Shown piece by piece: positions 39,653-48,654 of a DNA stretch of 64,000 nucleotides. This DNA comes from Armatimonadota bacterium (GTDB taxonomy: Bacteria; Armatimonadota; UBA5829; DSUL01), in the NCBI GenBank assembly GCA_039811685.1, contig JBDHZC010000001.1:128001-192000 (forward strand), read 5' to 3'. Below the pieces are notes generated by a model that did no database searches, had not been told where the DNA came from, and saw nothing but the letters and a program-made list of their open reading frames with translations. Made by a program: the position numbers and the translations under genes. How positions within the stretch are numbered: the first letter of the stretch is position 1; every line of letters starts with the position of its first letter.

Positions 39653-42004
39653 TTGACTATGACAAGAGCCGGCTGTGGCATGCTGACGAAGGCAGCGCTG
39701 ATTGCCTCGCTTCTACTCGCATTGTCTTCCACTTCAATGCGGGCCATTGGCGGGCTCTACCTTAACGAGATGATGAGTTCCAACGCGAACTCTATCACCG
39801 ATGAAGACGGAAGCCATCCCGACTGGGTCGAGCTTTACAATTCAGGGCCGGAGGCGGTTGATCTTCAGGGATATGGACTGACTGACAAGCCCGCCTCTCC
39901 GTTCAAGTGGGTTTTTCCCTCAAAGACGATCGCTTCAGGGGAATACCTGTTGGTATTCTGCTCCGACAAGAACCGTCTCAGCGGTCCTTACCTCCACACG
40001 AACTTCAAGATCAGCGCCAGCGGTGAGACCATTGTGCTAACAGCGCCAGGTGGGCAACTTGTAGACAGTCTGCCGCCGATTTCCCTGCAACAGGATGAGT
40101 CCTATGGCCGCAAGCCCGACGGCGGCACGCAACTGGTTCACTTTCTCGAGCCAACTCCGGGCGCATCGAATACCACTCAAGGGTACACGGAGTTGCTTCA
40201 GGCTGTCACTCTGTCTCCGTCCGCAGGGTTCTACACCTCAGATGTGTCCGTAAGTGCGACATCACCGGATGCCGGCGTCACGATCCGCTACACTACGGAT
40301 GGATCTGTTCCCACAGAGACCTCACCCGTTCTGCCGATACCGCTGACGGTGCACAGTCGCGCTGGGGAGAGTCCTGTGATTGCGCTAATCGGGAACACTC
40401 CGCCGGAAGCTCCGCCCTGGGCGATGTGGCGTCCGCCGGCAGGGGAGGTGTTTATGGGTACGGTTGTGCGGGCGCGGGCATTCAAGCAGGGCGCTGCGCC
40501 AGGCCGCGTCGCTACCAGTACATATTTCGTTGATCCAGAAATGCCCACCCGCTACAGCTTGCCGGTGATTTCACTCGCGACCGACGCCAGCAATCTGTTT
40601 GACTACAACACCGGAATCTACGTCCCAGGCGCAAACTACAACCCTGCCGACTACGATCACACGGGCAACTATCAGATGAAAGGTAGCGCGTGGGAGCGTC
40701 CTGTGCACGTTGAATTCTTTGAGACGGGTGGGCAGATGAAGTTCTCCCAGGATGCAGGCGTCCGGATTCATGGCGGTGGCAGCAGCGTCTATCCTGAGAA
40801 GAGCTTGCGGCTTTACGCAGACGGCTACTCGGACGCGGGCGAGTTCGTGTACAAGATCTTTCCATCGCTGTGGATAACGAGCTTCACGCGTATCATTCTT
40901 CGCAATTCCGGCAATGACTGGCTGGCGTCCCTGATGCGAGACGGCATGACCCAGGGCCTTATGGAAGGCACAGAGGTGGACTGCCAGGCCTATCGCCCAA
41001 GCATTCTGTTTATCAACGGGGAGTTCTGGGGCATCCATAATATCCGCGAACGCTATGACAAGTACTACATAGAGAGTCATCACGGTGAAGAGGATGTGGA
41101 TCTCATCGAGTCAACTGGTGAGGTGAATGAGGGTGACGACATCGCCTGGAATGCCCTGCAGACCTACGTCTTTGAACACGATCTGAGGGATGCGGATGCG
41201 TACAGCTACATTGAGCAGCACGTTGACCTGCAGAACTTCATTGACTACAACCTGATCGAGATATTCTGCCGCAATACGGATTGGCCCGCTGTCAACAGCC
41301 GCTACTGGCGTCCACGCACACCGGATGGGAAGTGGAGATGGATGCTCTACGACACCGACTCCGGGTTTGGCATGAGCGGAGGAGACACGGCTTATAAGCA
41401 TGAGAGTCTAGCTTTCGCCAGCGCCCAGACCAGTCCGTACTACTACTATCCCAATGGAGATAAGTTCACGCGATTACTGCGGAAGCTTCTGCGCAATACA
41501 ACATTTCGAGCCCGGTTTGTCAACCGGATGGCGGACTTTCTCAACTCGCGATTCTCTACAGACAGCGTCATCGCCCAGATTGACGCCAAAGCCTCCGCCA
41601 TCCAGCCGCACATCCAGGAGCATCTGAGCCGCTGGGGAAGAACCGATACTCTTCAATCGTGGCTGACCCGTATCGAGGTCCTGCGCACGTTTGCCCGGGA
41701 ACGCCCGGACATTATGCGCAGACAGTTTGTCAAGTTCTTTGGGTTTGGGGGAACGGCGGAGGTGACTGTGAATACGGCAGGGGGCGGGTCTGGAACAGTC
41801 CGGGTGAACTCACTCAGCGTTACTCCAGGCGAAACGCCCTGGAACGGAGTTTACTTTCAGGACATTCCGATAGAGCTTGAAGCAACGCCCTCCCCGGGAT
41901 CTCATTTTGCGGGATGGGAGGGAATCAACGCAGGCGGCGCTACGGCGCAGGTGACGCTAACTGGAGACCTGAGCGTGACAGCCCGCTTTGAGGTGAACCC
42001 ATGA
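39653..42004 (+). CDS. Secreted lamin-tail domain + CHB_HEX_C-like + CotH-family kinase protein
   Basis: LNEMMSSN...DWVELYN (LTD), IRYTTDGSVP, RIHGGGS...KSLRL, ILRNSGND, NTDWP, WRWMLYDTD; C-terminal FAGWEG B-repeat-like segment; RBS GGAGG. Confidence 0.88.
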   Translation: MTMTRAGCGMLTKAALIASLLLALSSTSMRAIGGLYLNEMMSSNANSITDEDGSHPDWVELYNSGPEAVDLQGYGLTDKPASPFKWVFPSKTIASGEYLLVFCSDKNRLSGPYLHTNFKISASGETIVLTAPGGQLVDSLPPISLQQDESYGRKPDGGTQLVHFLEPTPGASNTTQGYTELLQAVTLSPSAGFYTSDVSVSATSPDAGVTIRYTTDGSVPTETSPVLPIPLTVHSRAGESPVIALIGNTPPEAPPWAMWRPPAGEVFMGTVVRARAFKQGAAPGRVATSTYFVDPEMPTRYSLPVISLATDASNLFDYNTGIYVPGANYNPADYDHTGNYQMKGSAWERPVHVEFFETGGQMKFSQDAGVRIHGGGSSVYPEKSLRLYADGYSDAGEFVYKIFPSLWITSFTRIILRNSGNDWLASLMRDGMTQGLMEGTEVDCQAYRPSILFINGEFWGIHNIRERYDKYYIESHHGEEDVDLIESTGEVNEGDDIAWNALQTYVFEHDLRDADAYSYIEQHVDLQNFIDYNLIEIFCRNTDWPAVNSRYWRPRTPDGKWRWMLYDTDSGFGMSGGDTAYKHESLAFASAQTSPYYYYPNGDKFTRLLRKLLRNTTFRARFVNRMADFLNSRFSTDSVIAQIDAKASAIQPHIQEHLSRWGRTDTLQSWLTRIEVLRTFARERPDIMRRQFVKFFGFGGTAEVTVNTAGGGSGTVRVNSLSVTPGETPWNGVYFQDIPIELEATPSPGSHFAGWEGINAGGATAQVTLTGDLSVTARFEVNP

Positions 42005-43431
42005 AGGCGCAAACGGCGATGATTGTCGCGGCCCTGCTGGCAATGCCCGCGGTCGGCCTCTCAAGCACTGTCGGCGAGGCGAAGCTGGAGGCCGACGCCG
42101 CCAGTGTGTTTATCGATCAGGCTATTGTAACCGCGGTGGGCGACGGATTTGCTTACGCATCGGATACGGGTCGAGCGAGCGGAATCCGTTTGTCGGGGGA
42201 ATCGCTGCCCCCTGCCGGATCGCTTGTCGAGATTTCCGGTGAGATTTCAACGACTTCCGGTGGCGAGCGGGTGATTGAAGTCCTGGATTTTCAGACCCTT
42301 GGCTCCTCCACCACTAATCCGCTTCTATGCGCGACGGAAAAAGCCGGTGGAGGGGACCTGGCATTTGATGAGCTTACTGGAGCCGGACAGCGCGGGATAA
42401 CCGGCGGAACGGGTGTGAATACGGTCGGGCAGCTTCTGACCGTCACGGGCCGCCTGAGCGCCATCAGTCCGGACCACGAGAGCATCTGGCTGGATGATGG
42501 GTCCGGGCCTGCGCCCTCTGGGCTTCGCGTGAGCCTTCCAGAGCCAATGGAGATGGAACTGGGCGCATGGGTCAAGGCAACCGGCCCGTGTGGACTCTAC
42601 AACGAGGGCGGTCAGTGGCTTGCGGTTATTCAGGCCGTGAGCGTCGCAGACGTTGTTCCACTCGTCTCGAACATCCCGATGGTAGCAGTTTCGGCTGGCC
42701 CGTTCACTATGGGAAACAGCGGCCTGGGAATAGATGACTACGAAGGCGCGGCTCGCGAATACCCGGCGCACACCGTTTATGTACCGGCCTTCTGGATATC
42801 AAGAACTGAAGTGACTCGCGCGCAATATCGTAGCTTCATTGAGGCCGGTGGCTACAACAATCCTTCACTCTGGTCGCCGGAGGGATGGGCGTGGAAAGTG
42901 AGCAACAACCGCGGGAGTCCTGATTACTGGTCTGCGGAGCAGAGCTGGGAGATTCCGCCGGGAGCTTTCACGCAGTCGGACGATTATCCCGTGGTGGGTG
43001 TCACCTACTACGAAGCGGAGGCTTTCGCCAAATGGGCGGGCGCCCGCCTTCCTTTGGAGGCAGAGTGGGAGAAAGCGGCGCGCTGGGACGGCCATAGCCG
43101 GGTGTATCCATGGGGCGATATCCCAAATGACGATCTGTGCAACAACTGGTTTGACACAGTGACAACGGGTTTCCAGACCTCTGCAGTAGGTAGCTATCTG
43201 GGCGGGACCAGTCCGGTGGGTTGCGTGGATATGGCTGGAAACGTGTGGGAGTGGACGTCGTCCTGGTACACGTCGTATCCGAATGCGAGCCGGGCTTTCG
43301 ATTACACGGGGCAACGTCGCGTGCTCAAGGGTGGGAGCTGGTACGGGATGTACGGCACTCGCTGCGCTGCGCGGTTCTTTGCATCGCCTGACGCTGGTGA
43401 AAATGATGTAGGTTTCCGCATCGCCCGATAA
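42001..43431 (+). CDS. Secreted FGE-sulfatase (SUMF1)-fold protein with N-terminal shared module
   Basis: FTMG, EVTRAQY, RLPLEAEWEKAAR, YPWG, DMAGNVWEW, GFRIAR; ATGA overlap with the CotH gene. Confidence 0.9.
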   Translation: MKAQTAMIVAALLAMPAVGLSSTVGEAKLEADAASVFIDQAIVTAVGDGFAYASDTGRASGIRLSGESLPPAGSLVEISGEISTTSGGERVIEVLDFQTLGSSTTNPLLCATEKAGGGDLAFDELTGAGQRGITGGTGVNTVGQLLTVTGRLSAISPDHESIWLDDGSGPAPSGLRVSLPEPMEMELGAWVKATGPCGLYNEGGQWLAVIQAVSVADVVPLVSNIPMVAVSAGPFTMGNSGLGIDDYEGAAREYPAHTVYVPAFWISRTEVTRAQYRSFIEAGGYNNPSLWSPEGWAWKVSNNRGSPDYWSAEQSWEIPPGAFTQSDDYPVVGVTYYEAEAFAKWAGARLPLEAEWEKAARWDGHSRVYPWGDIPNDDLCNNWFDTVTTGFQTSAVGSYLGGTSPVGCVDMAGNVWEWTSSWYTSYPNASRAFDYTGQRRVLKGGSWYGMYGTRCAARFFASPDAGENDVGFRIAR

Positions 43432-43522
43432 ATGGCCTGAACGTTTGTTTGGCTCAGTCGCTGGCTTGGGATTGCACAACGTGTTTACCGCAAGCCACAG
43501 GATCAGGTGAAAGGAGAAGTCA

Positions 43523-44272
43523 ATGAAACCTGATGTGAGATTTGTCGCGCTGCTGACGGGCGTGGCTGCTTTGATGGGATCACCGGCTCTGGGTGCTCCC
43601 ATGATTTTGAATGAGTACAACGCGGTGAAGGATGCTAACTTCCTCAAGAACAGCGCGTCTGACCCGTATTTTGGACAGGTTGCTGGAAACGGTGGAGACT
43701 GGATGGAGCTGGTCGTCATCTCAGACATGCTGGATGTTCGGGGCTGGCAGATCGAGACCAACCAGGCCGGCTCCCTTGACGCCCTGATCACGCTGCCATC
43801 GGATCCAGTGTTTGCGGCTCTTCGCAGCGGCACAATTCTGACGATTGCGGAGCTTGTCCCAACCGACCTATCCTACAATCCAGCCGCAAATGACTGGTGG
43901 ATCAACTATCAGGCCAGCTTCTCAGCGGGAGACAGTACCCACTCCAACTTCCAGGTAACGATTCGGGATGCATCCAGTCAGGTCGTATTTGGGCCGGCAG
44001 GTGAGGGAATTAATCCTGCAAGCGGAATTGGTAGCGATGAAGTCTTCAAACTTGAAGAGAACCCGAGCGCACTGATTACGCCGCTTTCGAACTACAACGA
44101 CGGCTCCTCCAGCACGTTCGGCGCTCCAAATGTGTGGAGCAAGGGGACTATAACGCAGGACTTCAGTGCTTTGAGAAGCGTCGTGCCCGAGCCGGCATCC
44201 TTACTGGTTCTGGCGGGTGGTCTTATCGGACTGGCTCGCAAAGCGCGCCGCACTGGCCGCCATCGCGCCTAG
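43523..44272 (+). CDS. PEP-CTERM sorting-signal protein
   Basis: Signal peptide; ILNEYNAV...DWMELVV (LTD-like); C-terminal VPEPASLLVLAGGLIGLARKARR; RBS AAGGAG. Confidence 0.9.
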   Translation: MKPDVRFVALLTGVAALMGSPALGAPMILNEYNAVKDANFLKNSASDPYFGQVAGNGGDWMELVVISDMLDVRGWQIETNQAGSLDALITLPSDPVFAALRSGTILTIAELVPTDLSYNPAANDWWINYQASFSAGDSTHSNFQVTIRDASSQVVFGPAGEGINPASGIGSDEVFKLEENPSALITPLSNYNDGSSSTFGAPNVWSKGTITQDFSALRSVVPEPASLLVLAGGLIGLARKARRTGRHRA

Positions 44273-44305
44273 TATCGTCTCGCTCAGCTTGAGTGCACTA
44301 CTGTA

Positions 44306-44354
44306 ACAAAGTGGCGGCCCGGCCCTTACCCTGGGATGCGGGCCGCCACTTTGT
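44306..44354. terminator. Bidirectional terminator hairpin between convergent genes
   Basis: 16-bp stem ACAAAGTGGCGGCCCG / CGGGCCGCCACTTTGT. Confidence 0.8.
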
Positions 44355-44357
44355 GTC

Positions 44358-44900
44358 TTACGCTATCTGTCCAGCAAGCTCTGAAGCCTGGTCTTTTACC
44401 CCCAGACTCACAACGTGCTCGAGATTTCCGGATTCCACGTGATAGATGAGCCCGTGAACAGGAATCTCCTTCGGAATGAACGGGTTGCTGTGGATTTTAT
44501 CCACCTGCGTCCGTAAGCTTGCCTTCAGATCAGAAAACGGCAGGAAATCAAAGCCCGATGCGTCGGTGCCCGTATCTGCCGTCAGCTTGTCCTGAAGATC
44601 GCTGTTCTGGAATGAGAGCATCCCACACCCGGTGTGCTCCACCACAAAGAACTCTCGCGTCCCAAGCAGCTTGTAGCTGATGATGAGTGAGCGGATGGCG
44701 TCTTCAGTTGCCAGACCGCCTGCGTTGCGAATAAGGTGTGCTTCACCGGTTTTCAGACCAAAGGCCTCGTAGAGATTCAATCGCGCGTCCATGCAGGCGA
44801 CGATGGCGATATTGCGAGAAGGTGGCACATCCAGATGGCGCCACGGAAAACTCTGCTGATACTGCTGATTGGCTGTGCGTATCTCGTCAAGTTTTGACAT
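44358..44900 (-). CDS. Small beta-class carbonic anhydrase (clade D / COS-hydrolase-like)
   Basis: CMDAR, IRNAGG, HTGCGM zinc ligands; 180 aa; RBS AAAGGA. Confidence 0.92.
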   Translation of the reverse strand: MSKLDEIRTANQQYQQSFPWRHLDVPPSRNIAIVACMDARLNLYEAFGLKTGEAHLIRNAGGLATEDAIRSLIISYKLLGTREFFVVEHTGCGMLSFQNSDLQDKLTADTGTDASGFDFLPFSDLKASLRTQVDKIHSNPFIPKEIPVHGLIYHVESGNLEHVVSLGVKDQASELAGQIA

Positions 44901-44959
44901 TTGTTGATCCTTTCATGCCGTGCCTCAAACGCCGCTTGTGCGACCTGGCAGTCGCAGAG

Positions 44960-44992
44960 ACTATAACATATCCGACTAAATCAGTCAATAAT
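44960..44992 (-). promoter_or_regulatory. Sigma70 promoter of the beta-CA gene overlapped by an IscR/Rrf2-type operator
   Basis: Minus strand TTGACT-17 bp-(TG)TATAGT; + strand ATATCCGACTAAATCAGTCAATAAT (44968-44992). Confidence 0.7.
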
Positions 44993-45240
44993 ATAGAATA
45001 TTCTTTTTCGCGCTGACGCGATCGCCAGCAGGGCAGACGCGCCGGAATGAGACACGGCAGAAGGGCGCTGCGCGTTGTTATGGATTATCTCTGGTTGATC
45101 TCCTGCTTTGCCGCCCTCAAGCCCTCTTCACGCCAGGCAGGTTCGGACGACAGCTACGAGCGGCAAAAGGGAGCGAGTCAGATCGCGTAGAATCTGTCTC
45201 TGTGCTGCAGCTATGTTGTTGGTAGGAGGACTTTGGGTGT

Positions 45241-46335
45241 ATGCGCATGACAGCGCTTCTGGTTGTATTTCTGGCGGGGTTGATCTCGGTCTGTGTGATG
45301 GCCGAAGAGACCACCTACACGTGGAAGGATGCCCGCGCTTTGACGCTTGAGGGGCAGGGCTGGTCAAACATTCAGGATCCTTACCGCCGCTTACCAGAGA
45401 AGGCAGAGAAAATCGTCGTTGAGAAAGTCTGGGGACTTTCATCCAATTCGGCTGGTCTGGCTGTCCGGTTTCTAACAAACGCCACAAGCATCAAAGCTCG
45501 ATGGAGCCTGATCAGTCCGGCGCTGGCCATGGTTCATATGCCAGGCACCGGCATGAGTGGGTTGGACCTGTACGCGCGCCAGGGAAAGCAGTGGAGATGG
45601 GCGGGGCAGGGTTCCCCCACCGGCCAGAACTCTGAAGCTACGCTGGTGACGGGTCTGCAACCCGAGATGCGTGAGTATATTCTCTATTTTCCGCTGTATA
45701 ACGGAGTCACTTCGGTTGAGATTGGCATTCCAGAGGGCAGCGAGCTGATCCAGGCGGCTGCGCGTCCTCGCGGTACAAAGCCGCTTGTCTTCTATGGAAC
45801 CTCCATAACTCAGGGCGGGTGCGCGAGTCGTCCCGGGATGGCTTATCCGGCCATTATCGGGCGCCGACTGGACTTACCGGCCATCAACCTCGGATTTTCT
45901 GGCGCTGGCCGGGCTGAGCCCGAGGTGGCTGAACTTCTAGCCGAGCTGGATCCCTCTGTCTTCATCATTGATCCGCTGCCGAATATGCATGCCGTTGCAG
46001 TAGAAGAGCGCCTCAGCTATCTCTTGAAGACTCTCCACAGCGCGCGTCCGGACACGCCTGTTGTACTGGTGCAGTCAGCCGGCAGCCAGCGCGCCTGGAT
46101 TCAGAAAGGCAACAACAGCGATCAGGCGATCAACGCAGCGATGCAAAAAGTCTACAACGCTGCGAAGAGCCAGTGGGGAGATTTGTTGTCTATGGTCAAA
46201 GCTGAGGGGATGGTGGGCAATGAGGGCACAGTGGACGGTGTACATCCGACGGATCTGGGATTTGTGTCCATTGCCGACCGGCTGACGCCTGCGGTGCGCT
46301 CTGCTCTACAAAAGAGGCCTCGCTCCAGCTTTTAA
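45241..46335 (+). CDS. Exported SGNH hydrolase with N-terminal GxDLY domain
   Basis: SGLDLY, FYGTSITQG, NLGFSG, DGVHPTDLG. Confidence 0.9.
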   Translation: MRMTALLVVFLAGLISVCVMAEETTYTWKDARALTLEGQGWSNIQDPYRRLPEKAEKIVVEKVWGLSSNSAGLAVRFLTNATSIKARWSLISPALAMVHMPGTGMSGLDLYARQGKQWRWAGQGSPTGQNSEATLVTGLQPEMREYILYFPLYNGVTSVEIGIPEGSELIQAAARPRGTKPLVFYGTSITQGGCASRPGMAYPAIIGRRLDLPAINLGFSGAGRAEPEVAELLAELDPSVFIIDPLPNMHAVAVEERLSYLLKTLHSARPDTPVVLVQSAGSQRAWIQKGNNSDQAINAAMQKVYNAAKSQWGDLLSMVKAEGMVGNEGTVDGVHPTDLGFVSIADRLTPAVRSALQKRPRSSF

Positions 46336-46394
46336 GAAGGGTAGAGACATCCGGAGTCGTCCCTCCAGCAGACTCCTGCCGCTGAGCGGAGTAG

Positions 46395-47123
46395 TCAGTC
46401 CGGCATCGGATCGTACCAGTCAACTTGCGGCTTCGCGCCTGGTACTTGCCGCCATGTGTCACCGAAATTGTGACGCGCCGCATGGCCATCTGCGAACACA
46501 TAATTTGCGCCGGTCTTGTGCATTCGGATTGCCACTGTTTTGGGTTCGGCGCGCCCAGAGTCCCACTGACTCGCCTGTATCATCATATTGGGCACCTTCG
46601 GAGGCATTCCCCAGAACATGGGCATGAAATGGTCCCGCGCGATGTTGAGAGTCAACTCTGCGGCTACGATGCAGTGCGTCGGGTCCTGAATAGCTGAGGA
46701 CTTCATCCCCCAGTAGGGCGGGTGGTTGGGAGTGAGATAGCCGTTGATACCGTACGTCGTACGACGCCTCGACATCGGATCAGCAGCGTCCCAAAGCGCG
46801 CTTCCGTCACTTGGACAGCGATGGAGAAGACCCGCGCTCCCGTACCTCGCGACATCGTCGAGCCACGTCCGGTCGCTGTGCATCGCGCCAGCCATCATCA
46901 TGTGCGCAAAAGGATAGCGCTGGTCGTTATCACCTGAATACATGGACAGTGCCATGCCGATCTGTCGGCAGTTAGACAGGCAACTGGCAGATCGCGCATT
47001 CTCTCTGGCCCTGGCGAACGCCGGAAAGAGAATCGCCGCTAATACAGCGATGATCGCGATGACAACGAGCAATTCGACCAGCGTAAAGCCACTCTCCGCC
47101 GGCTCTTTCTGACTCTGCCGCAA
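46395..47123 (-). CDS. Prepilin-type DUF1559-like protein with H-X9-DG C-terminus (Met-rich)
   Basis: [46 protein letters not shown]. The start is placed at TTG 47123 after GGAGG (track 47291). Confidence 0.9.
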   Translation of the reverse strand: MRQSQKEPAESGFTLVELLVVIAIIAVLAAILFPAFARARENARSASCLSNCRQIGMALSMYSGDNDQRYPFAHMMMAGAMHSDRTWLDDVARYGSAGLLHRCPSDGSALWDAADPMSRRRTTYGINGYLTPNHPPYWGMKSSAIQDPTHCIVAAELTLNIARDHFMPMFWGMPPKVPNMMIQASQWDSGRAEPKTVAIRMHKTGANYVFADGHAARHNFGDTWRQVPGAKPQVDWYDPMPD

Positions 47124-47181
47124 AGTGCTTTCCCTCCACATCCAAACGGCAAGTGGGCCGCTTCTGTGTTTCCTCTTGTGT

Positions 47182-47232
47182 AGAATACGCGATATCACTT
47201 CAACATGCAACACGACTGCAACAAATATTGCA
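47182..47232 (-). promoter_or_regulatory. Promoter TTGCAT-17-TATTCT with overlapping TGCAAC repeats/palindrome
   Basis: -10 at 47182-47187, -35 at 47205-47210; + strand TGCAACA-cgac-TGCAACAAATATTGCA. Confidence 0.5.
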
Positions 47233-47384
47233 GAGATTTTCCACAATCCTTCTACGGGCCTATGACTAGCCTCGCCCATGGGCGAAGACACGGTCGTTGT
47301 CGACCCGAGGCTACCGGCCTACGTGGCTGTCAAAATCGGCTATCATGCCCGTAGGCATCAATCGCAAGGAGAGAAGGCTGAGTA

Positions 47385-48440
47385 TTGAAGATTGACCGCT
47401 ATCCAGAGAATCCTCTGATTACCCCGGGAGACGTGCCGCCGTCTCGTGATGACTTTCAGGTTTTGGGCGCGTTCAACGCCGGTGTGACGCGCTACAATGG
47501 CGAAACGCTGATGCTGATGCGGGTCGCAGAGCAGCCGGTATGTGATGACCCCGCCATTTGCCGGGTGCCGTTGCTGGAGACTGAGGGCGACACTTCGCAG
47601 ATGGTGATTCGGGAGTTCAGGCGAGATGATCCGGACATCAACTTCTCTGACCCGCGCGTTGTCAGCTTTCCTGACCACCTTTTGCTGACGTCTATCTCAC
47701 ACCTGCGTCTTGCGCGCAGCCGAGACGGCCGCAACTTTACGGTGGACCCGGTTCCCGCACTTGAGCCTGACCGGCCGAGTGAAGCCTTTGGCCTCGAAGA
47801 CCCCAGGATCACTCAGATCGACGATACGTACTACATTGTCTACAAAGCGGTTTCGGACAACGGTATCTGCCAGGCGCTTGCGACAACAAAGGATTTCGTA
47901 AACTACGACAAGCATGGGGTCATTCTCTGTCCTGAGAATATGGATTCGATGCTTTTTCCAGCACGCATCGGCGGAAATTACGCCATTCTTCACCGTCCGG
48001 TGGGGAGTATGATCGGCGGGCCTATGATGTATGTCGGCTATGGAACAGATCCAATGCATTTTGGAGAGCATCATTTCCTGCTGGGTAAGAGCAGTGGCGG
48101 ATGGGACAGCGGACGAGTTGGTGGCGGCGCTGTTCCGTTTCTGACAGACCGCGGATGGTTGGAGCTATATCACGCTGCAACACCAGACGACCATTACTGT
48201 CTGGGAGCGATGCTGTTGGATGCAGAAGAACCGCATAGAATGCTGGCCAAGACTCCAGCTCCAATCATGAAGCCAGAAGCGTCTTATGAGGTTCAGGGCT
48301 TCAAGGCGAACGTCGTCTTCACCTGTGGGGCCATTGTGGAGGGCGAGCGGGTAAGCGTCTATTACGGCGCCGCAGATGAAGTTATGGCCGGAGCGGACCT
48401 TTGCCTGTCTGAGATTCTTGAGGCGCTAGAGCCGGCCTAA
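47385..48440 (+). CDS. GH130-family glycoside phosphorylase/hydrolase
   Basis: NPLITP, GAFNAG, GLEDPRIT, LHRP, GWLELYH, NVVFTCG, YYGAAD. Confidence 0.9.
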   Translation: MKIDRYPENPLITPGDVPPSRDDFQVLGAFNAGVTRYNGETLMLMRVAEQPVCDDPAICRVPLLETEGDTSQMVIREFRRDDPDINFSDPRVVSFPDHLLLTSISHLRLARSRDGRNFTVDPVPALEPDRPSEAFGLEDPRITQIDDTYYIVYKAVSDNGICQALATTKDFVNYDKHGVILCPENMDSMLFPARIGGNYAILHRPVGSMIGGPMMYVGYGTDPMHFGEHHFLLGKSSGGWDSGRVGGGAVPFLTDRGWLELYHAATPDDHYCLGAMLLDAEEPHRMLAKTPAPIMKPEASYEVQGFKANVVFTCGAIVEGERVSVYYGAADEVMAGADLCLSEILEALEPA

Positions 48441-48473
48441 CCGCGAAGCGCGACGTCGTTTGCCGCTTGATGT

Positions 48474-48502
48474 AAAAAGAGAGCGCGACTGCTCGCGCTC
48501 TC
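48474..48502 (-). terminator. Intrinsic terminator for the minus-strand DUF1559 gene
   Basis: Stem GAGAGCGCGA-ctgc-TCGCGCTCTC with AAAAA (a U-tract on the minus strand) at 48474-48478. Confidence 0.75.
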
Positions 48503-48539
48503 CACAGCTTTCACAGCACTCTGACCGATGTTGGCAGGC

Positions 48540-48634
48540 CTACCTCGGGTCGAAACCCGACTACCTCGGGTCGAAACCCGACTACCTCGGGTCGAAACCC
48601 GACTACCTCGGGTCGAAACCCGACTACCTCGGGT
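48540..48634. repeat. Perfect 21-bp tandem repeat x4.5, each unit a hairpin (REP-like)
   Basis: Unit CTACCTCGGGTCGAAACCCGA at 48540, 48561, 48582, 48603, plus 11 bp at 48624; no spacers. Confidence 0.95.
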
Positions 48635-48654
48635 TAAAAGAAGAAATCATCTGC

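Noticed and set aside
43300..43431. Diversity-generating retroelement variable region at the end of the FGE-fold gene
   Set aside because: No second near-identical template copy and no reverse transcriptase were seen in the window.
47300..47310. 11-bp match (TCGACCCGAGG) to the minus-strand repeat unit on the other side of the GH130 gene
   Set aside because: It is too short to exceed chance in 64 kb and lacks the full hairpin.
48540..48634. CRISPR array (palindromic repeat containing GAAAC)
   Set aside because: The units are directly adjacent with no unique spacers, and there are no cas genes in the window.
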